Shown: piece after piece, positions 1-9,044 of the stretch
How positions within the stretch are numbered: position 1 is the stretch's first letter
Layout of the letters: every line of letters begins with the position of its first letter
Source: an uncultured Chloroflexia bacterium
GTDB lineage: Bacteria; Chloroflexota; Limnocylindria; Limnocylindrales; CSP1-4
Assembly (NCBI GenBank): GCA_963806175.1
Contig: CAWDXA010000011.1
Location: forward strand, 23,227 to 87,226
Reading direction: 5' to 3'
DNA: 64,000 nucleotides
The notes under the pieces: generated by a model
Databases searched by the model: none
What the model was told of the DNA's origin: nothing
Seen by the model: the letters and a program-made list of their open reading frames with translations, nothing else
Translations under genes and position numbers: made by a program

Positions 1-786
1 GTCGTCCTCGCCCGGCACCGGAGCGTGCCACCAGGCGTCGCGACCGACCGTCCACGGCGTGGCGACCGCGCCGCCGGCCCGCTGCACCACCAGGACCCGG
101 CGGACCGACGGTGCCGCGTCGACGGCGGCATCGGCCACGGGCTTGAGGCCGACCCACGTTCCGCGCCGCAGGAAGCCGTCCGCCGTGATCAGGACCGACG
201 CACCGGCGTCGGACAGCCGCGCCGCGATCGCCGGGGCGGCGTAGCCGGAGAAGATCGGCGTGTAGACCGCCTGCAGCCGGCCGAGAGCCAGGACCGCAAC
301 GACCGTCTCGACCAGCATCGGCAGCAGGATCCCGACCCGGTCGCCAGGCCGGACCCCATGGGCGTGCAGCCGCCTGACGGCGATCTCGACCTCCGCCGCG
401 AGCTCACGGTTGGTGAGCCGGCGCACGATGCCGTCCTCGCCCTCCCAGGTGAGCGCGACGCCGTCCGGTTCGCGGGCGGCCCGCGGCGCCACCGCAGCGC
501 GGGCATAGTTCAGCTCTCCGCCCAGCCACCAGCGGGCGAAGGCCGGGCCCCGGCTCGCGTCCAGCACAGAGGTGGGTCGCCGGCCCCAGGCAATTCCCAG
601 GTCGTCGGCGGCCGCGCCCCAGAACCAGGCGGGATCGTCCATGGCCCGCGCCTGGAGGGCGTCGAGCGTCGGCTCGCCGGTGGTCCGCAGGAATCGCGCC
701 AGGTGCGAATCGCGGAGGAGATCGGGGCCTGGTCGCCAGGCGACGCCATCCCCGTCGCGCCCGAAGATCGGCTCGTCACGCTGCAC
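1..786 (-). CDS. AMP-dependent synthetase/ligase (acetoacetyl-/acetyl-CoA synthetase-like), N-terminal portion; 3' end lies beyond window start
   Basis: Minus-strand frame open to position 1 with candidate GTG start at 784-786: VQRDEPIFGRDGDGVAWRPGPDLL..DDPAWFWGAAADDLGIAW..LTNRELAAEVEIA..GDRVGILLPM, typical N-terminus of AMP-forming acyl-CoA synthetases. Absent from ORF track because no in-window stop. Confidence 0.6.
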   Translation of the reverse strand, partial: MQRDEPIFGRDGDGVAWRPGPDLLRDSHLARFLRTTGEPTLDALQARAMDDPAWFWGAAADDLGIAWGRRPTSVLDASRGPAFARWWLGGELNYARAAVAPRAAREPDGVALTWEGEDGIVRRLTNRELAAEVEIAVRRLHAHGVRPGDRVGILLPMLVETVVAVLALGRLQAVYTPIFSGYAAPAIAARLSDAGASVLITADGFLRRGTWVGLKPVADAAVDAAPSVRRVLVVQRAGGAVATPWTVGRDAWWHAPVPGEDD

Positions 787-819
787 CGGGACAGGGTAAC
801 GGCAGCCGTCCGCTGGCCG

Positions 820-1653
820 TCAGCGGCTGACGTGATCCTCCCAGCGATGGGCCGGTTCGTAGCCGAGGATGCGCCGCGCGCGGTCGATCGACAGGAGCGT
901 CTCGCGGCCGGTCAACTGGCGGCGAAGGGGCACGGCCGGGAAGACCTCGGCCATGAGGTCGGCGCTCGGGCGGGTCATCACCGTGTCGGACGCGGCGACG
1001 ATGCAGACCTCGGCGCCGTCGATCTCGGCGTCAAGGCCGAGCCGGGCGGCCAGCGCGACGTCGCGAGCGTCGACATAGCCCCACAGGTTCCATTTCCGGA
1101 TCCGCGCATCCTCCCAGTAGCCCGGGAATTGGGCGTAGTCGGGCGGCTCCATGATGTTCGAGATCCGCAGGCCGACGAAGGTCGTGCCGGTCCGCCGGGC
1201 GAACTGCGCCGCGATCGTCTCGCCGACGAGCTTCGACAGCGCATAGGACGACTCGGGTCGCGGTTCGATGGTCTCGTCGATCGGTGCGAAGCGGGGCGGC
1301 GTGTCGAACGGCAGGCCGAGCACGGTCTCGCTCGATGCCCAGACGACCCGGCGGATGCCGTGGGTGGCCGCAGCCGCGAAGACGTTGTAGGTCGACATCG
1401 CGTTGTTCCGGAAGGTCTCGCCCTCGGGCCGCAGTCCCGGCGCGGGGATCGCCGCGAAGTGGACGACCGCCTCGGCCCCGGACAGTGCCTCCAGCACCTG
1501 GCCGAGGTCGGTCAGGTCGGCGAGCAGGCAGAGCCCGAACGCACTGCCGTCGTGACGGGTATCCACGTTCAGCACGTCGTGTCCGTGCTCGCGAAGGTCG
1601 CGGACGACCCACGCTCCGCCCTTGCCGCTGCCTCCGGTGACGACGATCCGCAT
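820..1653 (-). CDS. NAD-dependent epimerase/dehydratase family protein
   Basis: 277 aa; N-terminal Rossmann motif VVTGGSGKGG; YxxxK (SYALSK) catalytic motif of SDR-type epimerases. Confidence 0.85.
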   Translation of the reverse strand: MRIVVTGGSGKGGAWVVRDLREHGHDVLNVDTRHDGSAFGLCLLADLTDLGQVLEALSGAEAVVHFAAIPAPGLRPEGETFRNNAMSTYNVFAAAATHGIRRVVWASSETVLGLPFDTPPRFAPIDETIEPRPESSYALSKLVGETIAAQFARRTGTTFVGLRISNIMEPPDYAQFPGYWEDARIRKWNLWGYVDARDVALAARLGLDAEIDGAEVCIVAASDTVMTRPSADLMAEVFPAVPLRRQLTGRETLLSIDRARRILGYEPAHRWEDHVSR

Positions 1654-1740
1654 GGCTCGACCTCCAGGACCCGAAGTATGCCCGGACGGGGTCGCCCGGG
1701 GCGGCCGTGCGGGCCGCTCCGGGCGGGCGTTCGAGCCGGC

Positions 1741-2325
1741 TCAGCCCGCCGGGGCCGTCGACACGGCGGCCTGGTCGAGCGCCGACTGGAGCGACTGGGC
1801 GTACGCCTCGCTCGTGTAGGTCGCGCCCGACACGATGTCGATGCTGGCGCTCTGTGCGGTAAGCGCCTCGCTCGACAGGATCGGCTCGACGATTTGCGAG
1901 ATGCGGCCGGATCGGCCACCGGTCGGCATCTGAAGTGCGCTGACCGAGGTGATCTTCCCGTTCGTGATCGTGACCTGGACCTGGGTGTCGCCGTACTGGG
2001 AGGAGAAGACGTTCCCCGTCAGCGTCTCGGACCCGGTCTTGCTGCCGCTGCCCGCCGATGGGGTCGCCGACGAGCCGGACGACGAGCTCCCGCCGGACGA
2101 CGAGCTCCCAGTGGACGACGCACCGCCGGTCGCCGAACCGTTTGTCGCCGTCGAGCCGGCCGAGCCGCTCGAACCGTTCGACGCGTTCCGCGTCGTGGAC
2201 GCCGTGCCGTTGGTCGAGGCGATCCCGCTGCTGACCGGCAGCTGGTCGGGTGTCTTGAAGTTGAAGAGCAGGACCAGGGCAATGGCCGTGGTCACCAGGG
2301 CGATCGCGCCCCGCCGTGGGAACAT
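1741..2325 (-). CDS. membrane-anchored FMN-binding domain protein (likely ApbE substrate)
   Basis: 194 aa; N-terminal TM helix, long Ser/Gly/Thr-rich linker, C-terminal FMN_bind-type domain with GATYTSEAY motif (the Thr/Ser in this motif is the flavinylation site in NqrC/RnfG-like proteins). Confidence 0.75.
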   Translation of the reverse strand: MFPRRGAIALVTTAIALVLLFNFKTPDQLPVSSGIASTNGTASTTRNASNGSSGSAGSTATNGSATGGASSTGSSSSGGSSSSGSSATPSAGSGSKTGSETLTGNVFSSQYGDTQVQVTITNGKITSVSALQMPTGGRSGRISQIVEPILSSEALTAQSASIDIVSGATYTSEAYAQSLQSALDQAAVSTAPAG

Positions 2326-2337
2326 CGCGGACCTCCG

Positions 2338-2353
2338 TGCGTCGATCGACGCA
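2338..2353. promoter_or_regulatory. perfect 16-bp palindrome TGCGTCGATCGACGCA in divergent promoter region
   Basis: Read directly; lies 13 bp upstream of the FMN_bind gene start codon. Confidence 0.4.
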
Positions 2354-2357
2354 TCGA

Positions 2358-2438
2358 TCTCACGGCGAGTCTCACGGCTGCATCTGAGGACACGATGAGA
2401 GCCGCGGTCCGCGTGTGGTTCTCAGGATCGTCTCAGGA
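2358..2438 (+). promoter_or_regulatory. two pairs of 8-bp direct repeats (TCTCACGG x2, TCTCAGGA x2) with 11-12 bp periodicity upstream of ferric-reductase gene
   Basis: tctcacgg at 2358-2365 and 2370-2377; tctcagga at 2420-2427 and 2431-2438; helical-turn-spaced direct repeats are typical of OmpR/PhoB-type response-regulator sites. Confidence 0.35.
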
Positions 2439-2458
2439 GCGCTCGCGAGGCTGACGGC

Positions 2459-3895
2459 ATGCCCGACCAGCCCATGCTCCTGCGCGCGGCGACGCAGCAT
2501 GCACAGCGGGCCGAGGCCGTCGCCGACCCGTCCCCGGCACGGCCGCGCCCGGTCCCGCTGCCGCGGACCTGGTCGGTCACGGCCGTCGAGATCGTCCTCG
2601 TCCTGGTCGCCAACGGCGCCCTGATCCTGGCCATGTGGGTCCGCCATGGCGGCCTCGACCAGGTTTCGACCGTTGGCGGCATCCTGACCGGGATCGGGCA
2701 GCTCACGGCCCTGTACGGGACGTACCTCGCGCTCATCCAGCTGGTCCTGATGTCGCGAACACCGTGGCTCGACCAGGTCTTCGGGATGGACCGGCTCGCG
2801 GCCGCTCACCGCTGGATCGGGTTCGCGACCGTGTGGCTGCTGCTGGGGCACGGTGTCTTCACCACGGTCGGCTACGGCATCGGCGATCGACAGGACCCCG
2901 TGGCCGAGTTCCTGACGCTGGTCACGACCTATCCGTACGTCCTCATGGCGACGGTCAGCGGCGGCCTGTTTGCCGCCGTCGCGATCAGCTCCATCCGGAT
3001 GGCTCGCCGGAAGCTGTCATACGAGACCTGGTACGGGATCCACCTCTACGCGTACCTGGCCATCGCGCTGGGCTTCCTCCACCAGCTGTTCGTCGGGGCG
3101 GATTTCATCCACGACCCCGTCGCCGTGGCGTACTGGGTGAGCCTGTACGTCGTGACGGTCGCGCTCATGTTCGCCCACCGCGTCGTCGCGCCGTTTCGGC
3201 TCAACCTGAAGCACCGGCTCAAGGTCGCGAGCGTGGTCCGCGAGGGGCCCGGCGTCTTCTCGATCTACGTCAGCGGTCGGGACCTGGACCAGCTCGCCGT
3301 CCGGTCCGGCCAGTACTTCGTGTGGCGTTTTCTCACCCGTGACGGCTGGTGGCGAGGTCATCCGTTCTCGATCTCGTCGGCGCCGAACGGGTCGTGGCTG
3401 CGAATCACGATCAAGGAGCTCGGCGACTGGTCGGCCCAGCTGCAGCGCATCTCGGTTGGCACCCATGTCTTCGTCGAGGGGCCGTACGGCGTCCTGACCG
3501 GTGCCAGGCGGACGCGCCAGCGGGTCCTGCTGATCGCCGGCGGGATCGGCATCACGCCGCTGCGCGCCCTGCTCGAGGCGCTGCCGGCACGACCGGGCGA
3601 CCTGACCTTGCTCTACCGGGTCAGGAACGAGCACGACATCGTCTTCCGCGACGAACTCGAGGCGCTGGCCCGGATCCGGGGCGCCGAGGTCCAGTACCTG
3701 CCGGGTCGTCGGTCCGGGGCGCCCCGAACCCTCGACCCGCTGGGGCCGGCCGGGTTGCGGGCGCTGGTCCCGGACGTCTGCGATCGCGACGTCTACGTGT
3801 GCGGGCCGGTCCCGATGATGGAGCACGTCGAAGCGACGCTCCGTCGCCTGGGACTGCCGCGCCGGCAGATCCATGCCGAACGCTTCGCCTACTGA
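2459..3895 (+). CDS. ferric reductase-like transmembrane flavocytochrome (FRE/NOX family: Ferric_reduct TM domain + FAD-binding + NAD-binding)
   Basis: 478 aa; multiple TM helices with conserved His pairs, HPFSISS (HPF FAD motif), GGIGITP NAD(P)-binding motif, C-terminal CGP motif. Confidence 0.8.
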   Translation: MPDQPMLLRAATQHAQRAEAVADPSPARPRPVPLPRTWSVTAVEIVLVLVANGALILAMWVRHGGLDQVSTVGGILTGIGQLTALYGTYLALIQLVLMSRTPWLDQVFGMDRLAAAHRWIGFATVWLLLGHGVFTTVGYGIGDRQDPVAEFLTLVTTYPYVLMATVSGGLFAAVAISSIRMARRKLSYETWYGIHLYAYLAIALGFLHQLFVGADFIHDPVAVAYWVSLYVVTVALMFAHRVVAPFRLNLKHRLKVASVVREGPGVFSIYVSGRDLDQLAVRSGQYFVWRFLTRDGWWRGHPFSISSAPNGSWLRITIKELGDWSAQLQRISVGTHVFVEGPYGVLTGARRTRQRVLLIAGGIGITPLRALLEALPARPGDLTLLYRVRNEHDIVFRDELEALARIRGAEVQYLPGRRSGAPRTLDPLGPAGLRALVPDVCDRDVYVCGPVPMMEHVEATLRRLGLPRRQIHAERFAY

Positions 3896-4021
3896 TGCGG
3901 CGACCCGCCGTTCCTATCAGAATGCTCGAAGAATCGACAGACACTATGGAGTCCACGACTCGTCCCCGGGACGAGCCAGGATCTCCCGCGACCGCGGCAG
4001 CTTGCTTCTCGGAGGTCATCC

Positions 4022-4921
4022 ATGACCGAGCCTGATCAGATCGAATTCCACGAACACATCGGGGCGCCCGGCGGCGCCCAGTCCGGTGGTCCGCCCGGCC
4101 GCTCGATCCCGGTCCGGATCGGGATCGTGGCCGGCTCCGCCGTCCTGGTCGTGATCGGTGCCGTGGCGGCCATGGGCGCCTCGCCGGCGCCGACCACCGC
4201 CCCAGGCGCGAGCCCGGACACGGGAACGACCAGGCCGGCCAACCCGGTCGTCCCCGGGGCGCCATTCGACGGCATGCCCTTCGACGGAGCGATGCCCAAG
4301 GTCGGGACGATGGCCGGCCCCGGGGTCGATCTCCGTGGCGGCTTCAAGCTCGGCTTCGGGGACATCACGATCACCGCGATCGACGGCTCGAACCTGTCGT
4401 TGAAGACAGACGACGGCTGGACGCGGACGATCGCCGTCGGCAGCTCGACGACGATCACCAGGGGCGGCCAGGCCATCGCGGTCGGCGGCCTCAAGGTCGG
4501 CGACCAGATCGTCTTCGGACAGACCAGGGCGACGGACGGGTCGTACACGATCGACCGGATCCGGGTCGTCCTGCCCGTCGTCGGCGGCCAGGTCACCGCG
4601 GTCGGGACCGATTCGATCACCGTCGATCAGAAGGGCGGCGGCAGCGCGACGATCCACGTCAGCTCCAGCACGACCTACGCCGTCAACGGCAACACCGGCG
4701 CCAAGCTGTCGGACATCACGGTCGGCTCGTTCGTGGTCGCCGAAGGCACGCAGCGAACAGACGGATCGCTCGACGCGAGCGCGGTCCAAGCCGGCACGCG
4801 CGTGAAGGGCGGCGCGGGCGGCATGGGACCCATGTTCCGCGGCGGGCCGTGGGACAACCACCGGGACAACCCGGGAGCCGCGCCGAGCGCGACCCCCAGC
4901 ACTTCCTCCAGCGCCGGCTGA
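4022..4921 (+). CDS. membrane-anchored protein with two tandem beta-rich repeat domains (DUF5666-like)
   Basis: 299 aa; TM anchor (IGIVAGSAVLVVIGAVAA), Pro-rich linker, then two homologous about 70-aa repeats (ITITAIDGSNLSLKTDDGWTRTIAVGSSTTITRGG.. / VTAVGTDSITVDQKGGGSATIHVSSSTTYAVNG..). Confidence 0.6.
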   Translation: MTEPDQIEFHEHIGAPGGAQSGGPPGRSIPVRIGIVAGSAVLVVIGAVAAMGASPAPTTAPGASPDTGTTRPANPVVPGAPFDGMPFDGAMPKVGTMAGPGVDLRGGFKLGFGDITITAIDGSNLSLKTDDGWTRTIAVGSSTTITRGGQAIAVGGLKVGDQIVFGQTRATDGSYTIDRIRVVLPVVGGQVTAVGTDSITVDQKGGGSATIHVSSSTTYAVNGNTGAKLSDITVGSFVVAEGTQRTDGSLDASAVQAGTRVKGGAGGMGPMFRGGPWDNHRDNPGAAPSATPSTSSSAG

Positions 4922-4943
4922 CCACCGGTCGCCGGCAGACGGC

Positions 4944-4978
4944 AACGCGGCGCGGCGCCTCAGGGCCCGCGCCGCGTT
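4944..4978 (+). terminator. GC-rich hairpin (12-bp perfect stem AACGCGGCGCGG/CCGCGCCGCGTT) immediately after preceding CDS
   Basis: Read directly from sequence; no U-tract, as is common in high-GC genomes. Confidence 0.35.
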
Positions 4979-5065
4979 CCGATTCTCAGGGCGTTCTCAC
5001 CTTGGGCCGGTGTACTTGGATCAATCACTCAATCCCGCGAGCCCACGCACAGTCCGGAGCGTCCA

Positions 5066-6070
5066 ATGCTGGACAGCGACTTCGACCCCACCACCCCCGA
5101 GGGGCCCGTGCTCTTCGATCCGATCGCCTCGCACCCGCCGGCGCCGGACGCACCCGTGTCCCCCCTGCCGTTGCCGGATCGCGCGACGAGTGCGCCGTCA
5201 CCCGCAACCCCGTCGGAGCCGCCCTCGCGGCGGAAGCCACGCCTTCCCCACGGCGGGCGGATGGCCTCCGTCCTGGCGGCCTCGATGCTGTCGGCCGTGC
5301 TGGCCGCCGGTGGCACGGCCGCGCTCGTGACGGGTCCGCTCGCCGGTTCGATCGGCAGCGCGACACCGACCGCGGCGCCTGCCGCGGTGACCACCGCGGC
5401 CGGCACGCGCAACTCGTCGACGATCACGAGCGAGCCCGCGTTGACCGACGTGGTCGCCGCGGTTCGCGACTCGGTCGTCACGATCACCTCGCAGGGCCTC
5501 TCGTCGCGCGGCATGCTGTCGATCCCGTCGACCGGCGTCGGCTCGGGCATCGTCCTGACCTCGAACGGCTACATCCTGACCAATCGCCACGTCGTCGAGG
5601 GCGCCAGCCAGTCGCTCAGCGTCGCGCTCGCCGACGGTCGCCAGTTCGACGCGACCGTCGTCAAGATCTCGAATAGCCAGGACCTCGCGCTGGTCAAGAT
5701 CGACGCCACCGGCCTGACCGCGGCAAGAATCGGCGACGCGTCCAAGCTCCAGGTCGGCGAGACCGTGATCGCGATCGGCAGCCCGCTCGGGACGTTCACC
5801 GAATCGGTGACCCGCGGGATCCTGTCCGCGACCGGTCGCACCATCACCGTCCAGGACGAGGCGACCGGACAGCCCGAGACGCTGAAGGGCCTCCTGCAGA
5901 CCGACGCGGCCATCAATCCGGGCAACAGCGGCGGCCCGCTGCTCGACGCATCGGGCGCGGTCATCGGCATCAACACGGCGGTGTCGACGCAGGCCGAGGG
6001 CCTGGGCTTCGCCATCCCGATCAGCGACGCCGCTTCATTGATCGCGCAGGCGACCGGCGGCGTCAGTTGA
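5066..6070 (+). CDS. S1C (trypsin-like/HtrA-type) serine protease, membrane-anchored, no PDZ domain
   Basis: 334 aa; catalytic triad contexts TNRHVV (His), QDLALVKI (Asp), GNSGGPL (Ser); Pro-rich N-terminus + TM helix. Confidence 0.85.
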   Translation: MLDSDFDPTTPEGPVLFDPIASHPPAPDAPVSPLPLPDRATSAPSPATPSEPPSRRKPRLPHGGRMASVLAASMLSAVLAAGGTAALVTGPLAGSIGSATPTAAPAAVTTAAGTRNSSTITSEPALTDVVAAVRDSVVTITSQGLSSRGMLSIPSTGVGSGIVLTSNGYILTNRHVVEGASQSLSVALADGRQFDATVVKISNSQDLALVKIDATGLTAARIGDASKLQVGETVIAIGSPLGTFTESVTRGILSATGRTITVQDEATGQPETLKGLLQTDAAINPGNSGGPLLDASGAVIGINTAVSTQAEGLGFAIPISDAASLIAQATGGVS

Positions 6071-6128
6071 CGTTGACCGCTCCGAGCCGCGGCATCGGCC
6101 GACGGGACGGCAGACGGGCCCCGGCCGG

Positions 6129-6951
6129 ATGCTGACGGCGGAAACCGCCGTCCGGGACGGCGACGTTCGGCGGGTCGAGTCCGTCATGGGCACGACCGTC
6201 AGCGTCGCCGTTCGCTCACCATCGATCCCGGACGACCGCTCTCGATCGGTTCTTCGAGCAACTGCGCGTCGTCGATGCGCAGTTCAGCCCGTTCCGGGAG
6301 GACAGCGAGGTCAGCCGGCTCGCGCGTGGCGAGATCGCCGAGGCCGACGCCAGCCCCGACCTGCGACACGTCCTGTCCGCCTGCGATCACCTGGCCCTCG
6401 TGACCGACGGGGCGTTCGATGCGCGGCGGCACCGCCCGGACGGGCTCCCCGACCCGTCGGGCTACGTCAAGGGCTGGGCGATCGAGGAGGCCGCCTGGAT
6501 CCTCGACAGCGCCGGAGCGCGCAACTACTGGGTCAATGCGGGCGGCGACATCGTGGCCCGGGGAGAGGCCGCGCCCGGGGAGCCGTGGCGGGTCGGGATC
6601 CGGCACCCGGATCGCGCCGATCGCGTGGCAGCCGTGCTGGCGGTCTCGGACCGCGCGGTCGCCACGTCGGGCAGCTATGAGCGAGGCGACCATATCCTGG
6701 ATCCGCGGCGTGGTGACGAGTTGGCCGCCGGCCTGTCCGACCACCGTGGCGCGATCCCGACCGGGCTGCGCAGCGTGACGGTGGTCGGGCCGGCCCTCGC
6801 CTTCACCGACGCGTATGCCACCGCGCTCTTCGTGATGGGCCTTGACGGCTTGCGCTGGCTCTCCGCGCACCCCGACTACGAGGCGCTCGCCATCACGGCC
6901 GACGACCTGGTGGTCCGGACCCAGGGGATGGAGCGCTACCTGGTTCGTTGA
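6129..6951 (+). CDS. apbE: ApbE-family FAD:protein FMN transferase, interrupted by an apparent frameshift near 6215-6240
   Basis: N-terminal VMGTTVSV (ApbE start motif) in frame 0, then ALDRFFEQLRVVDAQFSPFREDSEVSRL..LVTDGAFDARR..GYVKGWAIEEA..GDHILDPRRG in frame +1 (ORF 6400..6951). Confidence 0.7.
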
Positions 6952-7011
6952 CGGCCGGGGTCCGTCGAGGTGGCCGCGACCCGGCCGCGAGCTGCCGACG
7001 CCGGCCCGGTC

Positions 7012-8358
7012 TCAGCCGGCGCCGATCGCGGAGCTCGCGGGCAGGTGGACCACGAACCGTGCGCCGCCCTCGGCGCGGTTCCCGACTTCGATGCTGCCGC
7101 CATGTCGATCGACGATCCAGGCCGCGATCGCCAGCCCGAGCCCGGTTCCGCCGCCCGGTGCGCCGTGTGCCCGGTAGAACCGCTCGAACAGGTGGGGCAG
7201 GTCCTCCGGCCGGATTCCCGGGCCGTCGTCCTCGACCGTCAGCGACGCCCCGCCGCCGTCGGGGCGAACCTGGACGCCGACCCGCCCGTCGGTCGGGCTG
7301 TGGCGGATGGCGTTGTCGATCAGGATCATCACCAGCTGGCGGAGGCGGGCCGGATCGCCCGCCACGACGGCCGGCTGCGGATCCACCTCGACCCGCACGC
7401 CGCGGTCGGTGGCCGGCTTGCCGAGCGCCTGGGCGCCGTCGGCCGCCACGTCGCCGAGGTCGACGGGCACTCGCTCGAGCTCCACGGCGCCGGAATCCGA
7501 ACGTGCCAGCAGCAGCAGGTCCTCGACGATCGAGGTCATGTGCCCGACCTCCTCGTCGATGTCCTCGAGCGCGGACCCGATCGTCTCGACGGGCTCCGCA
7601 CCGTGCCGCTTGAGGTAGTCGACGCTGCTCCGGATCACGGTCAGCGGCGTGCGCAGCTCGTGGCTCGCGTCCGCGGCGAACTCGCGCTGGCGACGAAGCG
7701 CCGTGCGCTGGTTGGCGAGCGACTCCCGGATCGGCACGAGCGCGCGCCGGGCGTAGACGGCGCCGAAGCCGAAGGCCACCAGGACCACCACGAGGCCGCC
7801 GCCGAGCAGGATGGCGAGCATGACCTGGAGCGTCCGCACCTCGGCCGTCCGGTCCTGGATCACCTGGACCGTGAACGTCTCGTCGTTCACCGCGACCGTC
7901 TCGGTCAGGATGCGGACGGGGGTGCTGGAAATGACTGCCGTCCGAACGTCGCGGCCCGTTGATGCCGCCGCGGTCACACCGGCCTGGTAGGGCAGACCCG
8001 GCGGTTGCGGTCCGCGCGTCCCGCTGGCCACGGTGCCGTCCGGGCCGATGATCAGGGCGTACGTCCCTGATCCGCCGCCGCCGAAGGTGAAGCCGTAGCG
8101 CGAGATGTCCTGCGGGTCCGGCCGATCGCCGCGGATGAGGCTCATCCGCGCGTCGAGCTGGCTGATCCCCGAGCTCTCGAGCGACCCCGCCACGGCCACG
8201 TAGAGCGCGACGGCCAGGACGAGCAGGACCACCAGCGTCGTCGCGCCGCTCCACAGCACGAGGTTGCGCCGGACGTGGCGGATCAGCCGTCCGTCGGCTG
8301 CCTCGGCGGCGAGCTCCGGTGCGGTCGTCCCGGGCGGGGTGACGATCCCATCGGGCAT
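7012..8358 (-). CDS. sensor histidine kinase (HisKA + HATPase_c)
   Basis: 448 aa; two TM segments, H-box FAADASHELRTPLT, N/G boxes (DNAIRHS, DDGPGI, GGTGLGLAIA). Confidence 0.85.
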   Translation of the reverse strand: MPDGIVTPPGTTAPELAAEAADGRLIRHVRRNLVLWSGATTLVVLLVLAVALYVAVAGSLESSGISQLDARMSLIRGDRPDPQDISRYGFTFGGGGSGTYALIIGPDGTVASGTRGPQPPGLPYQAGVTAAASTGRDVRTAVISSTPVRILTETVAVNDETFTVQVIQDRTAEVRTLQVMLAILLGGGLVVVLVAFGFGAVYARRALVPIRESLANQRTALRRQREFAADASHELRTPLTVIRSSVDYLKRHGAEPVETIGSALEDIDEEVGHMTSIVEDLLLLARSDSGAVELERVPVDLGDVAADGAQALGKPATDRGVRVEVDPQPAVVAGDPARLRQLVMILIDNAIRHSPTDGRVGVQVRPDGGGASLTVEDDGPGIRPEDLPHLFERFYRAHGAPGGGTGLGLAIAAWIVDRHGGSIEVGNRAEGGARFVVHLPASSAIGAG

Positions 8359-8359
8359 G

Positions 8360-9034
8360 TCAGCCTTCCGCCAGACGATAGCCGACGCCGCGGACCGTCT
8401 CGATCAGCCGACCGGCCACGCCGAGCTTCTCCCGCAGGTAGTGGACGTAGGCGTCCACGGCATTGGGGGTCACGGCCACGCTGAACGGCCAGGCCTGGTC
8501 GAGCAGCTGGTCCCTCGACAGCGTCTGGCCGGGGTGGCGAAGAAGGCACTCGAGCAGCGAGAACTCGCGCGGGCTCAGGTCGATCGTGCGACCGTCGAGC
8601 GTGACCCGCCGCGACGTCTCGTCGAGGACGATGGGGCCGGCGACCAGCTTCGGCTCGGCCCGGCGGACCCTCGCCCCGCGCCGCCCGAGGGCTCGCAGCC
8701 GCGCCGCGAGCTCCTCGTAGGCGAACGGCTTGACCAGGTAGTCGTCGGCGCCGGCGTCCAGCCCCGTGACCCGGTCGCCGATGGTGTCGCGCGCGGTCAG
8801 CATCAGGATGGCCACCTCGGACCCGGTCGCCCGGATCCGCCGCGCGACCTCGAGGCCGGAGATGTCGGGCAGCCCGATGTCGAGGATGACGACCTCGATG
8901 CCGGGCGCCGCCTCGGCGATCTCGAGGCCGTCCAGCCCGGTCGTGGCGGTCTCCACGACGTGGCGGTCCTCCTCGAGCAGCCGGCGCAGCAGCCGGACGA
9001 GACGCGGGTCGTCCTCGACGACGAGCAGGTGCAT
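8360..9034 (-). CDS. OmpR-family response regulator
   Basis: 224 aa; receiver domain (LLVVEDD..DIGLPD..LMLTAR), winged-helix C-terminus (VGYRL). Confidence 0.9.
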   Translation of the reverse strand: MHLLVVEDDPRLVRLLRRLLEEDRHVVETATTGLDGLEIAEAAPGIEVVILDIGLPDISGLEVARRIRATGSEVAILMLTARDTIGDRVTGLDAGADDYLVKPFAYEELAARLRALGRRGARVRRAEPKLVAGPIVLDETSRRVTLDGRTIDLSPREFSLLECLLRHPGQTLSRDQLLDQAWPFSVAVTPNAVDAYVHYLREKLGVAGRLIETVRGVGYRLAEG

Positions 9035-9044
9035 GACCGCCAGC

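Noticed and set aside
25-2454. 809-aa plus-strand ORF
   Set aside because: Arg/Pro/Gly-rich, low-complexity translation antisense to three well-supported minus-strand genes (synthetase, epimerase, FMN_bind). Typical stop-codon-poor antisense ORF of 70 % GC DNA.
6893-8254. 453-aa minus-strand ORF in alternate frame over the histidine kinase gene
   Set aside because: Arg/Gly/Pro-rich junk; the kinase frame 7012..8358 has H-box and HATPase motifs.
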